NCBI GenBank assembly: GCA_965226205.1
Contig: CBDDCJ010000023.1
Span: forward strand, 151,901 to 215,900
DNA: 64,000 nucleotides
Direction: 5' to 3'
Origin: Opitutales bacterium
GTDB taxonomy: Bacteria; Verrucomicrobiota; Verrucomicrobiia; Opitutales; UBA2987
Below, piece after piece: positions 19,196-27,776 of the stretch. Each line of letters begins with the position of its first letter. The stretch's first letter is position 1. Below the pieces are notes generated by a model. It saw only the letters and a program-made list of their open reading frames with translations. It did not search any database and was not told the DNA's origin. The position numbers and the translations under genes were made by a program.

Positions 19196-20200
19196 ATGGA
19201 AAAGAAAATAACGGTGGCCGGGGCTGGTGGGTTCATTGGCGGGCATTTGGTCAATTATCTGCGCTCGCGGGGTCATAAGGATTTGAGGGGAATCGACATT
19301 AAGCCGCTGGAACATTGGTTTCAGAGGTTTGAGGATGTGGAAAATCTGGTTCTCAATTTGCAAAAAGAGGAAGCCTGCCAAAAGGCGGTGGATGAGGCTG
19401 AAATCGTTTATAATTTGGCCGCCGACATGGGCGGCATGGGATTTATTGAAAAAAACAAGGCCCTCTGCATGTTGAGCGTGCTCATCAATACCCACTTGCT
19501 GGAAGCTTCCCGCCAAGCCGACGTGAGGAAGTTTTTCTATGCCTCATCGGCCTGCGTCTATGCCGCCGATAAGCAGAAAAGTGAAGATGTCATACCCCTG
19601 GCGGAGCCGGACGCCTATCCCTCCATGCCGGAGGATGGTTACGGTTGGGAAAAACTTTTCAGCGAACGCATGTGCCGCCATTATCATGAGGACTTCGGCC
19701 TGGAAATCGCGGTGGCCCGTTTTCACAATGTTTATGGGCCCCAGGGAACCTATGATGGCGGCCGCGAAAAAGCTCCCGCCGCCATTTGCCGAAAAATTAT
19801 CGACGCTGTCTTGAATGATTGCCTGGAAATCGAAATCTGGGGCGATGGCAAGCAAACGCGCAGCTTTACGTTTATCGACGATTGCCTCAATGGAATCGAT
19901 CGGCTCATGGGCAGCCATTTTCAGGAGCCCATCAACCTCGGCAGCAGCGAACTGGTTACCATCAATGGCCTCGTCGATATCGTTGAGGCCATCGCCGGGG
20001 TAAAGCTGAAACGGACCTACAATTTGGATGCTCCCAAGGGCGTCAACGGGCGCAACAGCGACAATACCCTCATAAAATCACTGTTTCAATGGGAACCATC
20101 GACCAGGCTGAAAGATTGGATGGAGGCGACCTATGCCTGGATTTATGACCGTATGGCAAATAAATCCAGCGCGAAAAGACACCGATTTACACGCCCTTGA
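19196..20200 (+). CDS. NAD-dependent epimerase, GDP-mannose 3,5-epimerase-like
   Basis: GAGGFIG, NLAADMGGMGFI, ASSACVY (Cys), YGWEK, GGREKAPAAICRK (Lys): the GM35E signature set. Confidence 0.85.
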   Translation: MEKKITVAGAGGFIGGHLVNYLRSRGHKDLRGIDIKPLEHWFQRFEDVENLVLNLQKEEACQKAVDEAEIVYNLAADMGGMGFIEKNKALCMLSVLINTHLLEASRQADVRKFFYASSACVYAADKQKSEDVIPLAEPDAYPSMPEDGYGWEKLFSERMCRHYHEDFGLEIAVARFHNVYGPQGTYDGGREKAPAAICRKIIDAVLNDCLEIEIWGDGKQTRSFTFIDDCLNGIDRLMGSHFQEPINLGSSELVTINGLVDIVEAIAGVKLKRTYNLDAPKGVNGRNSDNTLIKSLFQWEPSTRLKDWMEATYAWIYDRMANKSSAKRHRFTRP

Positions 20201-20245
20201 ATTAGATCAGCAACGGTCGCTTAGGGTAGCCGGGAAAGGATCCGT

Positions 20246-20752
20246 TCAAGCCTCCGATTCTTCGGCTGATCTCTGGCCCGCTTGTGAATCGATTCTCAGC
20301 AGCACACCAACGCTATCCTTGGCCAGCTCGAGCAAATCCACCATGTCCTGCGCGGATTTTTCCTCCTCGACCTGCTCGGTCAGGAACCAACCCAGAAATT
20401 CGAGGGTGGCAAAGTCCTTTTCTTCCTGAGCCAATATAAAAAGATCATTGATCTGGCCCGTGACCTCGATCTCCTGCTTCAAACTATCGGAGAAGATTTC
20501 CAGCGGGGACGAAAAATTCGTCTGCGGTTGTTGGACTGCCTGCAATAGGACCTTGCCGCCGCGGTCGTTGAGATAATCGAAAATCTTCATGGCATGAATT
20601 TGCTCTTCTTCCGCCTGTAGGCGCATCCAGGCGGCAAACCCTTTATAGGGAGTGGATTCCAGAAATGCCGACATTCCCAAATAGGAATAATACGAGGCCA
20701 ACTCGTTGTTGATTTGATGGTTCAAGGCTACTTCGACTCTTTTGCTGATCAT
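20246..20752 (-). CDS. ftnA: Non-heme ferritin
   Basis: LNHQINNELASYYSYL, QAEEEQIHAMK, LKQEIEVT, WFLTEQVEEE ferroxidase-centre residues. Confidence 0.92.
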   Translation of the reverse strand: MISKRVEVALNHQINNELASYYSYLGMSAFLESTPYKGFAAWMRLQAEEEQIHAMKIFDYLNDRGGKVLLQAVQQPQTNFSSPLEIFSDSLKQEIEVTGQINDLFILAQEEKDFATLEFLGWFLTEQVEEEKSAQDMVDLLELAKDSVGVLLRIDSQAGQRSAEESEA

Positions 20753-20780
20753 GATTTTAGTATTCCAAGAGGTTTATTAT

Positions 20781-20795
20781 TTAGAATTATTCTTA
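20781..20795. promoter_or_regulatory. PerR/Fur-type 7-1-7 inverted repeat upstream of ferritin
   Basis: TTAGAAT-T-ATTCTTA (one mismatch from perfect), 29-43 bp upstream of the ftn start, in AT-rich context. Confidence 0.5.
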
Positions 20796-20917
20796 TTAAA
20801 ATTAAGCGTGGCAAGCTTTTTTTGTTATTTCCCGGTGAACCCGTGTCTTTTGCCATCATCATCATCAGGTTTTTTGAAAACACGATCCAATATAAATGAT
20901 TCTCGATTTTTTTCCAC

Positions 20918-20995
20918 CACGGATTGGACGGATGATGGTTAAATACCGCTTGATAACCTCTTTCTGTCTCTGTGCTCATCTGCGAAATCTGCTGT
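20918..20995. repeat. Degenerate inverted 9-mer repeat element
   Basis: CACGGATTG GACGGATGA on the left; TCTGTGCTC ATCTGCGAA ATCTGCTGT on the right (inverted ACGGAT/ATCYG core). Confidence 0.4.
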
Positions 20996-21083
20996 TTTAT
21001 AAAAAATTTCAGAAAAAATGAATAAAACACGATTATCGCCGTCCAATCGACAAACCAATTAATGAATGGAAGGAAGGATTATA

Positions 21084-21527
21084 ATGAAAAAAACAATCAG
21101 CATATTTTTGGCCGCAGCGGTTATCCTGCTGGCCTACACTCCCAAAGCCCAGGCGGGCAATGATGGCTGGGCGGCTTTCGGTGGTTTTCTCGGCGGCGTC
21201 ATCGTGAGCAGCATCGGCCATGACATCAGGAAGCATCGCCACAATAGCTCTTGCGGGCATCATGGCGGCGCGGAAATTCGCTATGGTCGAAATTATGGCT
21301 CCAGCCATCGCTCCAACGGGCATTATGAATACCGCACCATCAAACGCTGGTCGCCCGGTTATTGGGAATACCAGGAACACTACTGCGACACCCCCATAAA
21401 AGTCTGGGTGGCAGGGCATTATGATTACCATAAAGAAAAAGTATGGGTGCGGGATTACGGCCACCATAGCGGCTATAATTCACATCATTGCACATACTAC
21501 AAGCGCTTCGGCCACCACCGGTATTGA
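21084..21527 (+). CDS. Secreted His/Tyr/Gly-rich protein with WxxGxW-like repeats
   Basis: Signal peptide ending KAQA, glycine-zipper-like segment, WSPGYW and WVAGHY; 16 His and 15 Tyr in 147 aa. Confidence 0.75.
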   Translation: MKKTISIFLAAAVILLAYTPKAQAGNDGWAAFGGFLGGVIVSSIGHDIRKHRHNSSCGHHGGAEIRYGRNYGSSHRSNGHYEYRTIKRWSPGYWEYQEHYCDTPIKVWVAGHYDYHKEKVWVRDYGHHSGYNSHHCTYYKRFGHHRY

Positions 21528-21601
21528 TTGGGTAAACTCGCTGAAAATTCTTCCGCTGCCATTGTCCTAATGGCGAAAATAACCATTGTATAGGCGCTGC
21601 C

Positions 21602-22111
21602 ATGAACTGCCAAGAAGCCGAATTACTGATCAGCCAGTCGCTGGATGGAGAACTGGATTCTCTGGCCAGCCAATCTTTGCTTGAGGAACATCTGGAGTCT
21701 TGTCCCGCTTGCCGAAACCGCGATCAGACCTGGAGAAATTTCGGCCAATTCATGCGCCAGGACGAAATTTCCGCGCCCCCGCTGGCGGAAGCGGTCGCGG
21801 CCTCGGCCTGGCGGGAAATCAGGCGGGAAATCCAGTCAGCGGAATCACCCCTGGCCGAAGAAATTCCGGAAATAACCGCGACCGCGTCTCCCTGGTTTTG
21901 GCGCGCGCCCGCCGCCATGGCCGCTCTCCTCGCCTTATCGCTGGGGCTTTATTTTGTTTTGCCCACCGCAAAGGAAAATGCGGCCGCCTACGCTGATGCG
22001 ACCGTAGTTGAATTTATGGAAACCGAAATTCCCGGCGCCGGCACCCTCGTCTATGTGGATGAGGACTCCGGCTGGACTGTTCTTTGGGTAGTGGAATCGG
22101 CTGGGGGTTGA
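21602..22111 (+). CDS. Zinc-finger (zf-HC2/ZAS) anti-sigma factor, orphan
   Basis: MNCQEAELLISQSLDGEL...HLESCPAC (HxxxCxxC); one TM helix; no sigma gene adjacent. Confidence 0.85.
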   Translation: MNCQEAELLISQSLDGELDSLASQSLLEEHLESCPACRNRDQTWRNFGQFMRQDEISAPPLAEAVAASAWREIRREIQSAESPLAEEIPEITATASPWFWRAPAAMAALLALSLGLYFVLPTAKENAAAYADATVVEFMETEIPGAGTLVYVDEDSGWTVLWVVESAGG

Positions 22112-22160
22112 TCGGGAAAGACTTGATCCCGCCGGCAGGAAATTTTATCCACTACCGCAG

Positions 22161-22841
22161 ATGGATAAAAAATACATTGGCTTAACCGATTCTCTTTACG
22201 AATACCTGCAAGATGTTTCCGTGCGAGAGCCGGACATTTTCCGGCGGCTGCGTGAGGAAACCGCCCGCGAACCCTTGGCCATGATGCAAATCTCTCCCGA
22301 CCAGGGCCAATTTATGGCCTTGCTGGCGCGCCTTATGAATGCCCGCCACTATCTGGAGATCGGCGTCTTTACCGGTTATAGCGCCCTTTCCCTGGCTCTG
22401 GCTTTGCCCCCCGAGGGGAAAATAACGGCCTGCGACATCAGCCCGGAATGGACGTCCATAGCCCGCCGCTATTGGCAAGAAGCCGGTATAGAGGAAAAAA
22501 TCGATCTTCGTCTCGGCCCCGCCGCCGACACCCTGGCCTCGCTCCTCGAAAATGGGGCGGAAGCTACCTACGACCTGGCTTTCATCGATGCCGACAAGGA
22601 AAATTATCAGGTTTACTTTGAATACTGTCTCAAACTGGTCAGGGCGGGGGGCCTCATCTTGATCGATAACGTGCTATGGGGCGGACAGGTAATCAATGAG
22701 GCTTTCCAGGATGAAAGCACTGTGGCTATCCGTGAATTCAATCGCCGGCTGAAAGATGACAACCGCGTAAACATAAGCCTGCTGCCGGTGGGCGACGGTC
22801 TCACTCTGGCAGCCATTCCCTTGCCGCCTGCCGCCCTCTAA
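22161..22841 (+). CDS. SAM-dependent O-methyltransferase (CCoAOMT/MdmC-like)
   Basis: MQISPDQGQF, LEIGVFTGYS, AFIDADKENY, LIDNVLWGG. Confidence 0.92.
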   Translation: MDKKYIGLTDSLYEYLQDVSVREPDIFRRLREETAREPLAMMQISPDQGQFMALLARLMNARHYLEIGVFTGYSALSLALALPPEGKITACDISPEWTSIARRYWQEAGIEEKIDLRLGPAADTLASLLENGAEATYDLAFIDADKENYQVYFEYCLKLVRAGGLILIDNVLWGGQVINEAFQDESTVAIREFNRRLKDDNRVNISLLPVGDGLTLAAIPLPPAAL

Positions 22842-23783
22842 TTAATTGACCAGCGGATGCCAAACATCGCCGAAAATCGACCTGAGCCGGGCCATGTCCT
22901 CCTCCGGCAGGGGCGGCCCCTCGACCGCTTTGATATTTTCTTCCAGATGTTCGTTATTCGACGTGCCGCTAAGGATCGTGTGGATGGCGGGATGGGCGGC
23001 CACATATTTATAACCGGCGGCGGGAAGCGATGTTACGGGCCCCTTCACCAGCCAATCGAGCGGTCTGGCTCCGGAAAGCGCATTCGAGTCAAGCCACCCT
23101 TGATCGATAGCTTCATCGAGCCGCTCGCGCAAATGCTCCGGTTGGGCGAGGGAGCGGCGGACCGGGACCATGCAGATCACACCGACAGTCTTTTCCCGGC
23201 AAAGTGGTAGCAAAGTCTTTTCCGGCACCGGATTGAGTAGATTGTAACCAACCATTATGGTGTCGAAACAATCGTCCCGCAGGGCCTTGGCAAGCATCTC
23301 ATGAGGCCCGTCTTGCCCAAACTTCTCCGTCACCCCGATAAACCTGATTTTGCCCTCATCCTTGAGCATGAGCAATGCAGGCATGAGGTTTTCGACCGCC
23401 CGGGCATAGAGTTTCGGCAACAGCCCATGATATTGAACGATATCAATGGTCTCCACGCGCAATCGCACCAGGCTGCGCTCGACCGATTGGACGAGTTGCT
23501 CCGGCTTTGTCGGCTCCTCCAGGCTTCCCACCTGAAATTTTGTCGAGAGAATATAGGATTCCCGCGGAACGCCAAGCAGGGCCCGGCCCAATAGCGCTTC
23601 GCTCTCCCTGTAGCTGGCGGCGGTATCGAAATAATTGATACCGCGATCCAAAGCAAGCCTCACGAAATTGCCGATATCATTTTCGGAAACGCCGCTTTTC
23701 TGGCCAAACTGGCTCGGACCGCCAGTTCCCACGCCAAGCCGCGAGACCCGCAACCCCGTCCGCCCTAATATCCGGTATTCCAT
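22842..23783 (-). CDS. Aldo/keto reductase
   Basis: YRILGRTGLRVS, GINYFDTAASY (catalytic D/Y), ILSTK, SLVRLRVETIDIVQYH, GKIRFIGV. Confidence 0.9.
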   Translation of the reverse strand: MEYRILGRTGLRVSRLGVGTGGPSQFGQKSGVSENDIGNFVRLALDRGINYFDTAASYRESEALLGRALLGVPRESYILSTKFQVGSLEEPTKPEQLVQSVERSLVRLRVETIDIVQYHGLLPKLYARAVENLMPALLMLKDEGKIRFIGVTEKFGQDGPHEMLAKALRDDCFDTIMVGYNLLNPVPEKTLLPLCREKTVGVICMVPVRRSLAQPEHLRERLDEAIDQGWLDSNALSGARPLDWLVKGPVTSLPAAGYKYVAAHPAIHTILSGTSNNEHLEENIKAVEGPPLPEEDMARLRSIFGDVWHPLVN

Positions 23784-24135
23784 GAACCGAGCCTAGGGCC
23801 AGGCAACCTAATGAGTCGAATCGAAAATGAAAAAGCAGTAATATTGGTGAAATACTGCTGATTTGATCGAATAATAAGATAGTAAAATCCTAATGGAAGC
23901 AGAAAATAGGATTGAAATATTAGAAAATAGCTATTTTCAAGGATAGTGAATTTTCAGATGGGAAATCGCAATCAACAACAAATATAAGAGAATCACGTGT
24001 CCAACAAATCCAGTACACCTCAAACCAAAAAAGTGCTTTCATTGACAAAAACTGAATTTTACATCGCTTGTGCAGTTATTTTAGTCTTTGGGGTCGGATA
24101 TATCCTTCAGGTTTTTTCACCCTTGCGCCTAAATA

Positions 24136-25959
24136 GAGGCTGTCCCAAAAACCCGAATTTTGCGAGGGGATTTTGAAGAGTGTTCATTTTAGTGGTATTT
24201 TCTTTTGGGAGGGGGTGACTTTGCTCTCCTATGACGTTAGGATTCTGGTTTTGGGGTCCGTTTGCCTGGTTTTCTTTGTATGGGCCGACAGTAGGCCTGT
24301 GAAAAAGTATTGTCCTTGCTTTTCCGCTCTTTATTTAGGCCGCCGCTTTGGTTTTTAGTTCATCTTGCTGGGCCAGCATCTTGGCCACTTTCCATAGATT
24401 GTGCGAGAGGACCGACCAGGCTACGCTGATCGAGCGGTTGGCAAAGCCTTTGCTGCGCAATCGCCCGGCCTGCCAGCGATTCTTCAATACCCCGATCCGC
24501 CCTTCGGTGCTGGCCCGGCGCTTTTGCAATTGCCTGAAGTGTGGTTCCTCCATCCGTTTTTTCAACTGCTTCGGATCGCGTGGACAGAGCGCATCGTAGA
24601 TGCCCTCCTGGGCTAACTGCCGGCGGGCCCGCTGGGAGGCGAATCCCCGGTCCGCGCACATGGCCGCTATGGGTTCGGCTAGGTTGAAGCGGTTCTGTCT
24701 TTGCAAACTCTCTTGCATTTGTTCATTTTCGCTTGGCGTCCGGCTGCCGTAGAGTTTCCAGTCCAGCAGGTATCCTTCAACGCTTTCACCCAAAAACAGG
24801 GTGTTGCCAAACTCAACCTCTTGGCCCGCTTTGCCTCGCACAATCACCTGCGCATTGGGTTCGTAAACACTCAAAACTTTCTCTGCGTTTTTCACCTGGC
24901 GGCCGCCAATGATTCGCTCGTGCGCTTGCTTGATGACCACCGGGATTAGCTCGCTCATGCGCTCCATCCGGGTAAGGATCTGTTGGACCTGTTTTTCGCT
25001 GTAATCGCTTTGCTCCCAGCAGGCTTGCAATAATTCCCGGTGACTGCGGGCATGCTCCCCGATCCGTTTGAGCAGCTTTTTCATCTGCCTCAAGATACCC
25101 TTGCGTTGCCGCGCGCTGTCCTTTCGCCGCCGGCTGTGGGTCATCTGTATGCACAGCCGATTCATCTGCCGAGCCAAGGGCTCCGGTTCGATCGGCATGC
25201 GATGGCGCAAACCGGCCTTCTCACGGATCAGCCGGATCGCTTTGAGCAGCGTGCCCGCTACATCCTTGAGCAGCACCCAGTCCGTCGGCCAATGAATGTT
25301 GACCTCCAAACAGGTGCCGTCGATCAGGCAAATGGTGGTGTCTATCGGCTTGTCCAATCCCACCACCTGCCGGGCCAGATCGGCATCGCCCACAACCTCA
25401 GTCAAGGTCCGGTGCAAGGCCCTCAACTGCTCTTCGCTGAAAAACTTCGAGGCCCGTTCCAGGGTGCTCTTGGAGATGCCCCTTATGCCGTCGATATGGC
25501 GGACACGACAAAAGTCAGCCAACAGATCGCTGCTGCCCAGAGCCCTCGACAAATGCCGAAACGAAATCCCACCGAGCAGATAACGCAGCGTTTCCATACG
25601 CAACGCCTTGAGGGCAAAATTAGCCCGCTTTTGCCGGGCCTTTACACTCATTGGCTGGCCTCTTTCCAAGGCCAGATCAACGCCCTGCGATTCCACCTCC
25701 GAATCGATCAGCAGCCGGTCGATACGCTCGATGGTGGCGCGAAAGTTATCGTAATCGAGGCAACGGTCGACCACAGTTAAAGCTGGACGCAGGAGGCATT
25801 GGATGGCTATATTTTTCATAGAAAGGGCTATATTGATTTTCGCTAACGCAATTATAGAACCCTTTTTTAGCCGGATCGAGCAAAAAAATGCTCTTTCCGG
25901 CTATTTTTATAAACGTCATCCAGTTGACTACAAAATCTTTATATTTTTGGGACAGCCTC
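24136..25959 (-). mobile_element. IS5-family insertion sequence, copy 1 (1824 bp)
   Basis: Terminal IRs GAGGCTGTCCCAAAA (24136) and TTTTGGGACAGCCTC (ending 25959); same length as and near-identical to 31683-33506, in inverted orientation. Flanks CTAAATA / TATGGTA are not a direct repeat. Confidence 0.93.
24335..25819 (-). CDS. IS5-family DDE transposase (494 aa)
   Basis: DDE motifs LIDGT, CADRGF, STEGRIG; IHWPTD..LL and GKAGQEVEFG typical of long IS5-type transposases. Confidence 0.9.
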   Translation of the reverse strand: MKNIAIQCLLRPALTVVDRCLDYDNFRATIERIDRLLIDSEVESQGVDLALERGQPMSVKARQKRANFALKALRMETLRYLLGGISFRHLSRALGSSDLLADFCRVRHIDGIRGISKSTLERASKFFSEEQLRALHRTLTEVVGDADLARQVVGLDKPIDTTICLIDGTCLEVNIHWPTDWVLLKDVAGTLLKAIRLIREKAGLRHRMPIEPEPLARQMNRLCIQMTHSRRRKDSARQRKGILRQMKKLLKRIGEHARSHRELLQACWEQSDYSEKQVQQILTRMERMSELIPVVIKQAHERIIGGRQVKNAEKVLSVYEPNAQVIVRGKAGQEVEFGNTLFLGESVEGYLLDWKLYGSRTPSENEQMQESLQRQNRFNLAEPIAAMCADRGFASQRARRQLAQEGIYDALCPRDPKQLKKRMEEPHFRQLQKRRASTEGRIGVLKNRWQAGRLRSKGFANRSISVAWSVLSHNLWKVAKMLAQQDELKTKAAA

Positions 25960-26245
25960 TATGGTAGTGGAGTAGTTTGAAACCGAATTGTAGCAGACTA
26001 TTTTCTTGGTTTAATCATTGGAGTGCCTGAGATTTATACTTACCTCATATTAATGAATATATCGATTGTTTACACTATTGGAGGATGGCCGATTTATAAA
26101 ACAGCTAATAGGGTTGTATATCAATCCATTGATAGAGAACCCTTCAATATCTATATGAAAGCGAATGTATTTGTGATTGTTGAAATGGACGGGGAAAACT
26201 GGACAGTGGAATAAGGTGGTCTTGAACCACTAAATCCTCTAACCT

Positions 26246-26551
26246 ATGAATGTTATTAAATCACGAAAGAGAAGACAATACAGTGCTGAGTTTAAAGCCC
26301 GAGTGGCCCTGGAAGCCATCAGGGGCGCTCATACCATCAACGAGATCGCCGGTCGTTTTGAGGTGCATCCCAACCAGGTGACCCAATGGAAGAAGCAGCT
26401 TTTGCAGGGAGCAACGGAGCTGTTTTCGCGCCAGCGGCAGACTCTCAGCAAGGACAACGAGACGGAAAAAGATCACCTTTACCAGGAGATTGGAAAGCTG
26501 AAAGTAGAATGCGATTGGCTAAAAAAAAAGTCTGAACAACTCGGTTGGTGA
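26246..26551 (+). CDS. IS3-family transposase OrfA (HTH)
   Basis: RRQYSAEFKARVALEA...EIAGRFEVHPNQVTQWKK; ends WLKKKS over an A9G run (26521-26530). Confidence 0.9.
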   Translation: MNVIKSRKRRQYSAEFKARVALEAIRGAHTINEIAGRFEVHPNQVTQWKKQLLQGATELFSRQRQTLSKDNETEKDHLYQEIGKLKVECDWLKKKSEQLGW

Positions 26552-26561
26552 GAGGCGCAAG

Positions 26562-27425
26562 ATGGTGCAACCACTTCAAAGAAAAATCAGTATCGGCAGG
26601 CAATGTCAGTTGCTGGGGCTGGCCCGCGGCAGCTATTACTATCGGGCCCGTGCCCAGTGCGAGCAGAACGTTCTCTACATGCATCGCATGGATGAGCTCT
26701 ACACCCAATATCCGTTTTTTGGTTCTCGCCGGATGACCCAGTGGCTGCGTCGAGAGGGCCATGCAGTGGGACGAGGCCGCATCCAGCGGCTCATGCGCCA
26801 AATGGGCCTGGAGGCTATTTATCCGCGTCGAAACTTGAGCCAGGGGCACCGGCAGCACCGCATTTTCCCTTATCTGCTGCGGGGTTTGGCGGTCGAGCGG
26901 CCCGACCAGGTATGGTGCAGCGACATCACTTACCTGCGGCTGAGCCGAGGATTCCTTTTCTTGACCGTGGTGTTGGACTGGTTCAGCCGCTACGTGTTGA
27001 GCTGGCAGCTTTCCAACACCCTGGAGAGCCGCTTCTGTGTGCTCGCCCTGGAGGAAGCTCTGAGGCGGGCCCAACCTCAAATCTTCAACACCGATCAAGG
27101 CAGCCAGTTTACTGGCAGCGAGTTCACCTCGGTGCTGGGGCAAGCCGGGGTGCGCATCAGCATGGACGGGCGTGGCCGCTACCTGGACAACATATTTGTT
27201 GAACGCTTTTGGAGAACCCTCAAGTATGAAGACATTTACCTGCGCGAATACGCCACGGCAAAGGAAGCCAGCGAAGGGATAGCCCGCTACCTGGACTTCT
27301 ACAACCACCTGCGCCCCCACCAAGCCCTGGGCTACCGGACCCCGGCCGAAGTCCATGCAATCGGAGCAAAACCAACCTCCCCGCCAATACAGCTTGCGGG
27401 CACCTGCGTGCCCGTCTTTGGCTAA
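26562..27425 (+). CDS. IS3-family transposase OrfB (integrase core)
   Basis: RQCQLLGL, YPFFGSRRM, QVWCSDITY, DWFSRYV, FNTDQGSQF, DNIFVERFWRTLKYE, YNHLRPHQAL. Frame is open from 26523. Confidence 0.92.
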   Translation: MVQPLQRKISIGRQCQLLGLARGSYYYRARAQCEQNVLYMHRMDELYTQYPFFGSRRMTQWLRREGHAVGRGRIQRLMRQMGLEAIYPRRNLSQGHRQHRIFPYLLRGLAVERPDQVWCSDITYLRLSRGFLFLTVVLDWFSRYVLSWQLSNTLESRFCVLALEEALRRAQPQIFNTDQGSQFTGSEFTSVLGQAGVRISMDGRGRYLDNIFVERFWRTLKYEDIYLREYATAKEASEGIARYLDFYNHLRPHQALGYRTPAEVHAIGAKPTSPPIQLAGTCVPVFG

Positions 27426-27776
27426 GGACAAAATATATTTTTAAAAAATAATATGAACACGATTTCCACCTTAATCCCACGTCAAAATTGTCCAAACAAC
27501 CCCGTCCACTTCATGTTATCAGTGTAATACGGCTTGAAAGGAGCAAAATTGGATCGAAATATTTGAATGTAGTTATTTTCAACGATTATGAATTTTCATA
27601 TGGGAAATTTCGTAAAATTAATTGCCAACATGCTTGAAATGGGCAAGATGCAACCGTTCAGGCGAAAAGACGACCCGTTTCAATGTATTCGAAGATTAAA
27701 TGGAAACCATATAAAGGATGGGAGAATATCAGGAATTAACTGAGTTATAATCAGACACAACTACCGAAGAAGAAAT

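Larger units (their letters stand above)
26181..27513 (+). mobile_element. IS3-family insertion sequence (1333 bp)
   Basis: 5'-TG...CA-3' ends; IRs TGAAATGGACGGGG...TGGACA and TGTCCA...CCCCGTCCACTTCA; 3-bp target duplication TGT (26178-26180, 27514-27516). Confidence 0.93.

Noticed and set aside
20749-21030. Small ORFs in the ferritin intergenic region
   Set aside because: They are low-complexity translations of AT-rich and repeat sequence and overlap the promoter-like motifs.
26023-26214. 63-aa ORF in the AT-rich spacer
   Set aside because: It runs into the IS3 left IR, has no RBS or motif, and is likely spurious.
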